A stretch of DNA of 41,537 bases, from positions 168,501 to 210,037 of the forward strand of contig CAJFCJ010000049.1 in assembly GCA_904063045.1 (NCBI GenBank). The letters are read 5' to 3'. Of this stretch, positions 12,150 through 23,070 are shown in pieces (the first letter of the stretch is position 1; every line of letters begins with the position of its first letter). The position numbers and the translations under genes were made by a program. This DNA comes from Dimorphilus gyrociliatus. Taxonomy: Eukaryota; Animalia; Annelida. Under the pieces are notes generated by a model. That model had not been told where the DNA came from, searched no databases, and saw only the letters and a list, made by a program, of their open reading frames with translations.

Positions 12150-13664
12150 AAGTAAACGACAGGTATGTTGGCACACCTCGAATTTTTTATAAAAATTACT
12201 ATTGTTTTACAATTTTTTTTTCTTATTTGGCCAAATGACATGATTATTGGCACATAATCTTTTGAGTTCAAATTTTCTTTATCTTTGTATGTGCCGACCC
12301 TCCCTTTCGATACATTTACTAATCCTATGGCCCATTCCATCATACAAATTTGGAAGCAACTCTGGATTCTTCTTTATGAGCTCATTGAAACACTTTTTAA
12401 TTTTTTCCCATAATTCATCCTCTGACTCAAACTGTGGCCCATCGTAGATCATTGTTTTTGTTAGGTGCCACATGTTTTCGATCAGGCTCAGGCCTGGGCT
12501 CCTTGCTGGCCAATCAATGGTCTTAATTTCATTTTTTTTAAAGGCCCTTTCTGTTGCTATGGCTGTATGACAGCCAGCATTATCTTGCTGGAAGATGTAC
12601 TTCCTGCCCATTTTTGCCTCAATCTCTTCTATAACAGGAAGAACATCTTCCACAATGAAGGAGCTATAAATTTCTGCATTTAATCTTTTCTTTATCCTCC
12701 ATACTTCAAATACACCATCAGATGTGATCAACCCCCAGACCAATACTCTGCCTCTTCCCATATTTTTCATCACCCTAAAGTCCTCTTGGCTATTGTTGGT
12801 TCAGGTCCTAAAGTCATCAGGTCCACTTAGCAAGAATCTAGCCTTGTCAGTGAAAATTACTCTAGACCAGTCTAGATTATCATTAATCATTTTGAGGCAA
12901 TATTCTTTTTGCCTGTTACAATCTTTAGAGGTGAGATCTGTTCTTTGCCTGATTCTTTGGTATATGAAATTTTGCCTTTTAAGCTCCCTCTGAATGGTTC
13001 TAATGCTTACATCTACTTCTAATTCTTTCAAAACCTTTGCTGCTGTCACCCTTTCCTTATTATCTTTCAGCTTCTTGATGATCCTTTTCATCCTGGCTAT
13101 CTCTCTGTCTGAAAGCTTCTTCAGACCGCCCCTATTGTCTTGCTCTGGCTCTTTATAGTTGATGATGTTTCTTACTGATGATGATGCCATTCCTAAAACC
13201 CTTGCCATGCCCCTTAATTTCCCTATTTCTGCATATTTTCTGACTACAAGCTCCCTAATATCTTTACTCCACACCATTATTAAAAAAAGTACTATAACTA
13301 TAATATACAGTAACTGAAAAAGTCTATAACTAAGAAACTTAACTTAAAAAAGCAAATAAGTTGAAAAAAAAGCTGTTTGAGACATCTATTTTAATGCCAA
13401 ACTGGATGTAAAGGAAGTGTGCCAATAATCGTGTCATTTGGCCAAATAAGGAAAAAACTTATGAAATTACTAGAAATATTTTGCTAATAATATTTACAAA
13501 ATATGACGATTTTGTCAAATTTTCTGTAATATTATGTAAATATAACTCTTTTTCTATATAAATTTAGACAAAAAAAATACTTTACTGCGAAAAATATTTA
13601 TAACCGTTAATTACAAATTGGCCTATCAGAATTCGGGGTGTGCCTATATACATGTCGTCTACTT
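12150..13664 (-). mobile_element. Tc1 (DD34E) transposon of IR-DR type, defective
   Basis: Outer repeats aagtaaacgacaggtatgttggcacacc / ggtgtgcctatatacatgtcgtctactt flanked by TA, and inner repeats ttatttggccaaatgacatgattattggcac / gtgccaataatcgtgtcatttggccaaataag. ORFs 13277-12801 and 12773-12279 share a frame, separated by one TGA. IFTDKARF, FQQDNAGCH, SPGLSLIE. Confidence 0.95.
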
Positions 13665-14317
13665 TATATATGTATGTATGTATAAATTTATTTGAATTAT
13701 TTATGAGAAATTATCTGTTGTTTAAACTGAGAGACTGTTGTGTAATTTCAATTTGTACAAAAATTATTTATTGACAATTATTGATCATAGAAGTACCCAT
13801 CCTATACATATCAATTTTTAAAGGATAAAGATCCAATAGTTTTGTAAACACATTTGTTATCTTGAACAATAACTTCCATGAATTTTTTGACAGAAGATAT
13901 AAAATGGAAAAAAAGTTATATATTTTATATTAAGATCAGTAACCTATTCATTTAGTTGTTTTACCAACTTGTGAAATGAAATAGAAAAGTACTTTACTAT
14001 TTTATATTACCTTAAATATTTTTTGTAATTGTAATTGTTACAGGTCAGTTTTAGTATTTTGGAAAGGTTTTTCCAATCTTTCTTGTTGACGCTGTTCTAT
14101 TTTAGGGAAAATTTTGGATAACAAACTAAAACATTATTTTCCTAAATCTAGAGATGCCCTAAACTTTGTCTTCAATTTCAGCCAACTTGCAGGTTTTCTT
14201 CCATCTCTTGAAAACTTTACTAAATAATGCATAGTTGATTGGCAGTTTCTTTGGAAACTATCAACACATTTATACATTTAGACATAAAATTTTCATAAGC
14301 AGAAGTGAACTCGACCA

Positions 14318-14573
14318 ATTGAATATGTCTGTAAAAGGAAGTTTTTTGTTTTAAAGAAAACGTCTACCATTTTGCCTTTTTATCCTACCAGTTTCTAAAT
14401 TGTTTTGTTCATTATTTCCTGTGGTAGCCTTTGGCTTTTTTAAAAGCAATCAGCCTTTTATTTATGGAATGCTAAAAATACTGAATTTTAAAAACATATT
14501 TCAATAATTTTTATTCTTTAACAGAAAATATCCTTTAGACTGAGACTTTTATTACAAGCTAAACAGTTGACTG
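14318..14573. repeat. About 256-bp dispersed direct repeat, copy 1
   Basis: Near-identical to 18294-18548 by eye (attgaatatgtctgtaaaagg ... aaacagttgactg). Confidence 0.92.
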
Positions 14574-15134
14574 TTTAACTGATCAATCAAGATTCTGACG
14601 AAAACTTTTGAACACTTGCATCATTGTGTAGTCTTCGATAATTTCAAACTTTTCAAAGATTGGTTACTGAAATAGTAATGTTTTAAATTAAGATAAAACT
14701 ATTTTTTATTCATCTACTAAACAGAGCAAAAGATACCGTAGAGGTCATATATTCAAATCGGATGGCCTTTTTTTTCTTGGAAAATAGTACACATGGCCAA
14801 TAAACCTTAGGCGTGTACGACAAAGTGTTCTCAAAAGACAGTCATTAGAATGCACTCGTAAAAGTCTCTTTTTTATCAAAAAAATTCATATGGAACTGTT
14901 CAAAACGCCAATTTTTCAATGCATAGAAAAAAATTAGACCTACATTTCTTATAACTTCGTGCAAAATGAATATAATGGTGTTGTGTGTATGTGATACACT
15001 GGCCGAATTTATAGACATATTCATAGTAAGAAGCTTTAGGTTTTGGGGTAGAAATGTGTCTGGACGTGATATTTTTTGAAGTGAAGTCCGCATAATAGGC
15101 ATCCACTTACGTTAGTACTCGATAGTTATACACA

Positions 15135-15430
15135 TGTAGTTTATAACAAGTACTCAATGAATATGATAGGAAGGTATAATATTAATAGACTAGTTCAACT
15201 ACTCAACCTATCCAGACCTAGACATACGAGGTAAAGGTAATTTTCCCTCGCCCGGGTGATGGTTATGATATTAATACTTACGCAGTGGACTCATTACAAG
15301 CAACCGCGAACCAACCTGTAGTATACATCAACTGACCACACCTGGTGGTCGACTCGATCTACTTATCAACCAATGCAGTCTCGATCACGGATCTTTAATT
15401 TCTTTATCTTTATTTTTATACGAGATAACA
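15135..15430. mobile_element. Solo LTR (family C), 296 bp
   Basis: TGT...ACA termini, identical 5-bp flanks acaca at 15130-15134 and 15431-15435, and GC-richer than its surroundings. Confidence 0.7.
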
Positions 15431-15699
15431 ACACAGCTTGAGCTATCGAAGGTCATATGAACCAAAACCGAATAAGTTTTATGAATCATAATTTGGGCGA
15501 AACATGGTAGTATCACTAATTCATTTCATAAAACTGCAAATAGGAGACGACGAATATGATCCATTAACAATTGCTAAGAAACGTCAACAATTCAACATGA
15601 AATGTTGTACTGAACTATTCAAATAGGACAATACAGTCAATTATTATAACGTCTTGACTTTGGCATATTGCCAATGTTTACAGTATATTTAGAATTACG

Positions 15700-15860
15700 T
15701 TACTTTTCGTTTGGCCCACGTTTTTATATCCAAACCTATCCTTAAACCATTCTTTTTTAAATTTTACTCTATGCTGAGGCGAAACTGAAGGTAAGGGACA
15801 GGAAAAAGGGATAACACTCTTCACTGTTGGGTTAGGGATACGAAAAACTGCGAAATAGGA
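15700..15860. repeat. Two partial left arms of the MITE family in opposite orientations
   Basis: tggcccacgtttttatatccaaacctatcc resembles copy 1. The reverse complement of 15785-15860 (tccctaacccaacagtg..gtcccttaccttc) resembles the 35444 copy (accctaacccaacactg..gtccctaaccttc). Confidence 0.45.
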
Positions 15861-16373
15861 TATGTAGTATTCAGCAATTTGAATATAGATATATATATAA
15901 TTTTGATAAATATATCAAATTAGATCAAATATATTTTCTATTCGCTATTGAGGAAGAAAAAAAATGTAATAACCTTAGATACCAGATGAGAATAGAAGTG
16001 CTCCTTACTTAGAAAAATAGACTTGAGTTAAAAATTACTGTGAACAAATGGTTTAGCATTAGGTGTATATGACATTCAGTTCTCTTTTATGGACATGTGA
16101 AGGAGAGCAAGAAAATTCTTTGTATAAATCTTTTGAATCGTCTGGAAGACTTTGACAATTCTAAGGCAGATGTCTCCTAACTCAAACAGGTTAGATATTG
16201 ATACTTGTGTCCAAAAATTGGTTTTAAGTAGACGTGAGAAAGTGAAATGTTTGAAACTGTGTCTGGGTTAAAGCATATTCACTACAAGGTTAAATTGTAA
16301 TTATTTTTCATTTTGTACGTTTATCTATTCGACTGATGATAAAATGATTTATGATAATATAAATATTCATATA

Positions 16374-16580
16374 GGGGTCATGACCAGAGTAAAGTTTAGG
16401 GTAACTTTATGGGCCTTTCTATGAAAAGGAAACGTTCAATTTCAATTGTTATCGTCAATGCTAAAGCAAAACTATAGGATTAGAACAAAAACTGGAAAAA
16501 ATAGCTATATCGATTGTTTGATTAGGGTTAGGATAGGGTTAGGATTAAAATGAATAATATAGAACATTTTGTCCAATACA
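16374..16580 (-). mobile_element. MITE family copy in reverse orientation
   Basis: Core ttagggttaggatagggttaggatt. End gaacattttgtccaatac is the reverse complement of a ggacaaaatgt-type TIR. The other end starts ggggtc. Confidence 0.55.
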
Positions 16581-17577
16581 ACGATAGGTTTTTCTTCTAA
16601 CTTAAGGACTTTTTTTTGACTATTCCAATTAAAAAAGTCTGTAAATATATTGATTTAAATTTAATAAAAATCAAGTATAGTACTGTAAATGCACTAATAT
16701 AACTGTTTCCATAAGGTAGACAATTGTCACATGTCGAACAATGTTATTGTAACGACATATTCAAAATATTTTTAGGCTGAAAGTCTATGTTTCGAAGAAA
16801 AATAAACGTGTAAAGAATTTATCAATTGTCCTATTTAGAAATTGAATAGAAAATACTTTAGTCTTAGTCTATGACGGGAACAGTGTCTTATAGTAGTATC
16901 TATAATGCTTCTGCAATCACTTTCTTTAATGTTAATTATTACATTAAGACTGTTTTGTATATAGCAAATATATACAGTACATAAAAAAAATTTGTTGACT
17001 ATTTTAAAAGAATTTAATATCTTAAGGTACGACATCAAAAAGAAAATAACCCTTTATATTTAAATTCTTCAGATTGACCCTGCTTATAGTTAAGCAATAT
17101 TGAACTAGTATTGAGTACTTTGTTCTTGCAAGCCTACTTCACTATGGTCCTATTTTTCTGCAACTCATTAAAAATACTTACAACTCAAATATACTAGTCG
17201 TAATGAATATCAGGTAAATTTTAGCCTCGTTTCACTGATATTTCATATGGACGATAATCTACTCAATTCAGCTCCTTAGAAACGCATTCTTAGGAATAAC
17301 TAATGTACAATTCTATCGTTAAAATTATGTTTATGTGTGTAGTACATATTTTGAATTCTTACAACCAAATCTATTAAATTTAGTACTAATTTCAAAACTA
17401 CATATTTAGTATTCTATCTGCTCTTATAAATTGTGATTTAGTCCTAAGTTAGAAACAGAATAGGCTATTTAGGCGACAAACTTAAATATAAATAACACAT
17501 CTTTTACATTTGCAAATATTTATACTTTGAAAGAAACAACATCTTCATTAATTGAATAAGATAAAAAAATTTTCTAG

Positions 17578-17936
17578 TTTTGAAGTTTTGACAGACTTCC
17601 AGCTGAAGACAATTCGGTATCATTAGTTATCTGTGGAACGGCTGCTCATTCGTTTAATCCTATTGATACATTTTATAAAGAAGCGAAAAGGGTTCTTGTT
17701 CCAGGTGGTTGTATTGCAATTTTTGGTTATTCAAACTCTTTTGTTTCTGGATTACCGAAATCTTTAAACAATACGTTGAACGTTTTTTTTCAAACTGTAA
17801 GATATTTGTTAACATAATCAAAATAAAATAAAAAAACATAGTTATTAAATCATTTTTAGATTTTTAAAGAAATTACAAGTGAAATTCCAAAAGGAATGGA
17901 AACTTTGTTGAATGAATATGAAGATTTTTATGTTAT
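17578..17936 (+). pseudogene. Class I SAM-dependent methyltransferase (Methyltransf_11-like), 3' exons only
   Basis: Exon 17578-17796 reads F*SFDRLPAEDNSVSLVICGTAAHSFNPIDTFYKEAKRVLVPGGCIAIFGY, with an in-frame TGA and AHW changed to AHS. A second exon lies at about 17860-17936. No DxGCG exon found. Confidence 0.75.
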
Positions 17937-18293
17937 GTAATTTATGCTTGAGCCTTCCAAACATTTATTTTTAAGCATAATTTAGGAAATCCTAATTTTT
18001 GAATTCTTTTTGAACAATTTTTAACCTAATTGATATATAAGTTTTATTGTGTACAAAATTCTTAAATGTCCATAATTACACGATCCCTTAAAGTTATTAT
18101 TGACATATTTTAAAATGATTTAATAGTCTCTATCTTCATTTCATGAGAAGTGTACCCTTTATAAAGTATTGTCTTTACCTTATTTTTTACACAACACGAT
18201 TATAATAACATTGGTCTGTTTAAAAAATATTTTTAGCGTAACGTTAAAAAATTTGGATTACTTTCTAGAAATGAAATGGATAATTTGAATATG

Positions 18294-18548
18294 ATTGAAT
18301 ATGTCTGTAAAAGGAAGTTTTTTGCTTTAAAAAAAACGTCTACCAATTTGCCTTTTTATCCTACCAGTTTCTAAATTGTTTTGTTCATTATTTCCTGTGG
18401 TAGCCTTTGGCTTTTTTAAAAAAATCAGCCTTTTATTTATGGAATGCTAAAAATACTGAATTTTAAAAACATATTTCAATAATTTTTATTCTTTGACATA
18501 AAATATCCTTTAGACTGACACTTTTATTACAAGCCAAACAGTTGACTG
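18294..18548. repeat. About 255-bp dispersed direct repeat, copy 2
   Basis: Near-identical to 14318-14573. Confidence 0.92.
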
Positions 18549-19292
18549 ATCTGTTAGAGACACACATTATATTAATTATTTATATATAATTATTTATATT
18601 TGATAAGAAAAGACAAGATCGATCGCTTTCAATCTTTCAAATTCCTAATTGAGCAACTGTACATTTCACATTAAACGTATATAAAATAGTCCATATTAAA
18701 TATTAATAGTTCATTCTATATTTTTTTCAAGAAATACAAAGACAATTAATTTTTTTAAACAACTATTCAAGTTTAATAACAAAATGTAACTTTTGTTATT
18801 TTGATTGAGTATATATTAATGATATATACTTAAAAATGATTACTCAATCATTTTTTAGTTGATATCTATCTTCTCTGTAACATTTTTCTTACAAATTTTC
18901 CAAATGAAAAAATATCTTTCTTGCCAATCATATCGTCTAGAAGCGTGAGTTTTCGTGGAATTATAAAATGTTCAAAAGAATCTGGTTTCAATTAATGTAA
19001 TTTTTAATCTAAGGTAAATAAAATAAGTTCAATAATAGGCAATTTTAACCAAAAGTAGTATATTCATTTCATTGAATTCGCTTTTCTTGATTGTTGGACT
19101 TGTCCTACTAAAATTGTTACATCTTATGCAACTCTCCAACCTGAGAAATTCAACTATTATTTAGAAGAGGAAAACAATAAAAACATGACCATATTTAGAA
19201 CTTTTCTTTGTCTTCAAATGTTACTTTTGTTTTAATGAACATTGAAATTTGTGAACTATCAACCCTTAAAAGAGTATATAAACCCTACGAGT

Positions 19293-19551
19293 TGATAGTT
19301 TAGTTTTCTAACCGTCAGCTAGCTGCTTAAACTAGCTTGTTAAGAACTAGAAACTCATTTTATTCAATACATATTCTTTGGATGAAATACTGGTGTTTTG
19401 TTGATTCATTTCTACTGAAATTACATTTGTTAAACTACTTGTGGATGAACTTTAAAGGTTCTATGTGGACCAGTACTTTGGCAAGTTGGTAAATGATTGG
19501 AAAGGACGACTACAATTGTGACGAACCAGTAATTCCTACAATTACAATACA
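19293..19551 (-). mobile_element. Putative solo LTR (family B), copy 1
   Basis: Collinear with 38719-38976 over about 258 bp, TG...CA ends, aataaa near the 3' end on the minus strand. No TSD found. Confidence 0.55.
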
Positions 19552-21976
19552 ACAAAGTACAAACAATCATTTTTTATTTATTTTTTATTTTACCACAATG
19601 AATTTCATCATCTCCATATAAACAATGATTTAAACAATCACAAACAAGATAAACTGGTATACAATAACCTTCAGAATAGCATTTATATTCTGATATTGAA
19701 CACATTTTATCATGGCAAGAATACAAATTTGAAAATCGATGTTGAATTTTAGTAAGAAAATTTTTCATAGAATCATATTCAATTTCACTACTAGTATTGT
19801 TTCTATTTTTAAAATATTCATGATATTTGTATATATCACAAGAACCTTCATCACTCTGATCATAACAATCTACAACATAATTGCAATGATTGTCATTTAT
19901 AGTACAAAAATCATCACATTCCCTTTGCATTTTTTCATTACAGTCTTAAAATATTTAGTTTTAAACTTGTAAATTATAACAATTTTATTTTCCTCCATTC
20001 TATGCTTATATCTCTCATCAGTTGCATCTACATGATAGCACAATTCATCACTGTAAGCTATACAATTTCTTTCATTATCACAAACATTTTCTGCACTAAT
20101 GCGGTATTTATTGTGACATTGTCAACTGTAAAAATTTTTACAACTCATTTTTGTGTATTTATTCAAACAAATGCAAATTATTTGAAAATTTAAAAACCTT
20201 GAGTTTTTACATTGTTTGAAGGCTCTAAATAAAAATAACTGATTATTTTTTGTTTTTATTTTAAAAATTCAAACTTACAGCAAATTCTCTCATCAGAATG
20301 ATCCTTACAATCAGGAAAAAAGTCATATAATAATAAATAACTAATCATTTCCTTTGAATCTAAACATTGAAACGATTTTACTGTAGTATTTAGACAATTT
20401 GTTTCATCTTCCCCAGATTGGCAATCAAAAATTCCATCATAAATATAAATGGAATTAATACAATATCCATCTTGCTTACATTCAAAATCTCTGTTTAAAC
20501 AATTCACAATTTTTTTAGGAAGATTTAAAGAATATTTTTGTATTGATAAAAATTCACTTTCTGAAAATATTTAAAAAAAATTGAATTTTCATGATTTTAA
20601 ATATTTCAATATCAAAAAATTATTGACTCAAAAATTTCTGGCATACAAATACTCTACTATTTTTATTACATGAAACAGTTTTAGCATGTGTCGAGCTGAA
20701 AGTAAATTTTTTCTGTATATTTCTTCTCTCATTTTGAAAAAGAATTATACAAATCTCTTGTCATTTCAATTGTAAAACAATCATCCACAATTTTTTTGGC
20801 AATATTTGAAAGTATTGATTTTTCATATTGAAAATAACATGACTACTATACTTTACAGCTTTTATAAGAATATTTTTTCTATTCTCTGCAAATGGTATGA
20901 ATTCACTAGTTAAATTACTCAATGTAACAGATATATTTCTATTCTTATAGATTCTCTTTGTAAATTCTTTAATTAAAAAAAAAGGAAAGCAAGTTTATTT
21001 CATTAATGTTAGATTATTATGTTCTTGACATTCTGGTTTTGAAATGAGATATAAACCACTATTACTCTTAGTTTTGTTTGGAAAGTTTTAGATAACAATT
21101 AGAAAATATGTTCATTCTCGTTTGGTGAACAACCTTTTACAATTATAGAAAGTTCCTGAAATAAAAATCAAGATATTAAATGATTAAAATTTTTAATGAG
21201 AGATTAACTATTCTTGAGCGGAAAGTATGTGAATATCCGACAGCTGTCTTTCCTGGTCGACTTTGACAATAGAAAAAATTTGCATAAGCAAAACTTATTG
21301 TTTTGCTAAAGATTACTCCTCTAAAACCAAATCTTGATGAGTATATAAGCAATGCATATTGATTAAATGTTAATTTTTAATTCTGGGATAACATGTTGTC
21401 TTTTTCAAATAGTTTTATTTCTGTTTTTAGAAAACGTAATAGTTTATTAATAATAACAACACTATTTTTTTCTATAAATGTGACCTTCAACTTCAAAGTA
21501 TGAACAGTGCACAAGTTTGGTTAGATTTTTTATTGTTGATGATGGTAAATAATCTATTTGGATATCATTATTGCAATTTACTTTCAAAATATTTACTTTT
21601 TCTTCAAGTTTTAACTGAAAATCAATAATTAATGAATGTTTTCTGCAGAGCAGTACTCTTTCATTTGCAAGAGAAGATGTTTGAAAGAACAAATCATTTT
21701 CCTTGACAATTAAAGAATACATTACATTTGATAATTTCATTGCTAAAATAACTACAAAAAGCAAAATAATAAACTGATAGAAATAAAGTTTGTTTTTTTC
21801 TCTTACAAGTTGAATTTCTTTTAAAACATTTCAAATTTATTTCAATATTTGAAAAATATGTTGTTGATATGCTATTTTTGAAAAAAAGAGTTTAAATTTG
21901 AAAAAAGACACTTTTTTATTTTTTATAATAATAATTATAAATTTGAATATTCTTTAGATAAATTTCCACAAAATTC

Positions 21977-22182
21977 GGATACGACAGAAAACGTCCCCAA
22001 ATTCATGGTTTAACCATAACCCTAACCTAGCCCTTGTCTCTCTCTAACCTTTTTGATTACCCCTAACCCTTAGATGGAACCCCCCTACTACAAATCAAAA
22101 GCTACTTTACTCCTGCTAACCATTTTTCAATCCGAAATCTTGCTTTCAAAAAACTCACTTGGGGACGTTTTCTGTCGGCCCC
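21977..22182 (+). mobile_element. MITE family copy with an 8-bp flanking direct repeat
   Basis: Perfect 19-bp IR cgacagaaaacgtccccaa (21982-22000) / ttggggacgttttctgtcg (22159-22177), ends ggata / gcccc, caaaattc at 21969-21976 and 22183-22190, and a ccctaaccc core. Confidence 0.85.
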
Positions 22183-23070
22183 CAAAATTCTTCTTTAAGC
22201 TCATCAAATTTTACAACTAGATGACTGTCATAAAACAATTTTTTATGGAATTTACCATCAAACAAACCGGATATGGAATATTTATTAAAAATATCAGTTT
22301 CATTGATTATTTGAAAAGTTAAACTATTAAATCTATTTGTTGAGTATGTGTCTCTGTAAAATAGTATAAGAGTAGTAAAAATGTTAAAATACATATGTTT
22401 TGCTTAAGTGATTAATTAGTTTATACTTTCTATTTGTATTTTATAGTGATTTTGTTGGTTTGTTTTGCATTTTGAAGTAGTGTTTTATTACTTTTGCAAT
22501 GTTTCATATTAAGTTTTTAATGGATAAAGAGAGGTGTGGAGATAGCAAAAGAATAGATATTTCATTTACTAAATTATCATCTTACAAATTCATTAGCTGC
22601 ATTAGCCTTTTACTAATCATGCCTGACACTATGTTCATTTTTTTTAAACGCCTGTACTTAATGGAATTAAAGCATTGGATCATCTGGGTATTTTTGTTAT
22701 CAACAAATGTTATCACACCTATATCTTCTATTTTAATCAATACCAACAAAATATCTCTCTGATTTAAGTCTTATTAATCGATGCAATTTTTCAAAGAATT
22801 AAAGAGTGCATGAGTTGTTGGGTTTACAAAGATTATTTTAGATAGATATGTCTTGCCTGTTATAACAAGCGATAATTAAATTAAAAATTAAATTAATAAA
22901 TTTCATATATGCTTGCTTTAGAATTACATATAAAGTAAACAATGAAATGTGATTAGGTATTGCGTAATTTCATATGCTGTGAAACCTAAGTTTTTTTTCT
23001 GGTATTGACAAATGATATGTGCTTACAATAAATAATATATTTTATTGCAATCTCTATATAATAAATCAAT

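Larger units (their letters stand above)
18600..22394 (-). pseudogene. GRL101-type receptor 5' part: leader, possible C-type-lectin relic, several LDLa repeats and degenerate LRRs, no 7TM
   Basis: ORFs 20507-20256 and 19930-19574 carry LDLa motifs (DCQSGEDETNC, DCKDHSDE, DCYDQSDEGSC, HCLYGDDEIHC). 19230-18600 gives frameshifted LRR words (PDSFEHF..RKLTLL, FERLKAIDL). Interrupted by a MITE and an LTR-like repeat. Confidence 0.7.

Noticed and set aside
14700-15106. Minus-strand ORF MDAYYADFTSK.. as the inverted 5' half of the methyltransferase
   Set aside because: Only a vague resemblance to the family N-terminus and no DxGCG motif in any frame I read, so it is left unassigned.
15220-15290. 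U1 snRNA-like words (atacttac, ggtaattttccc)
   Set aside because: They are in the wrong order, with no Sm site or U1 stems, and lie inside solo LTR C.
15440-15475. Hammerhead ribozyme or Penelope end (gaaggtcatatgaaccaaaac)
   Set aside because: It lacks the CUGANGA and GAAA cores. The other ctgatga hits I checked lacked stem II plus GAAA.
16525-16550. Interstitial telomere or chromosome-fusion scar
   Set aside because: The TTAGGG-like words are short, degenerate and always inside MITE copies.
17060-17215. Helitron-like peptide (VLCSCKPTSLWSYF)
   Set aside because: A single short stop-ridden similarity, with no Rep or helicase motifs nearby.
22400-22800. DED-like frame on the minus strand
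   Set aside because: Several stops and only a faint helical pattern, not supportable without an HMM.
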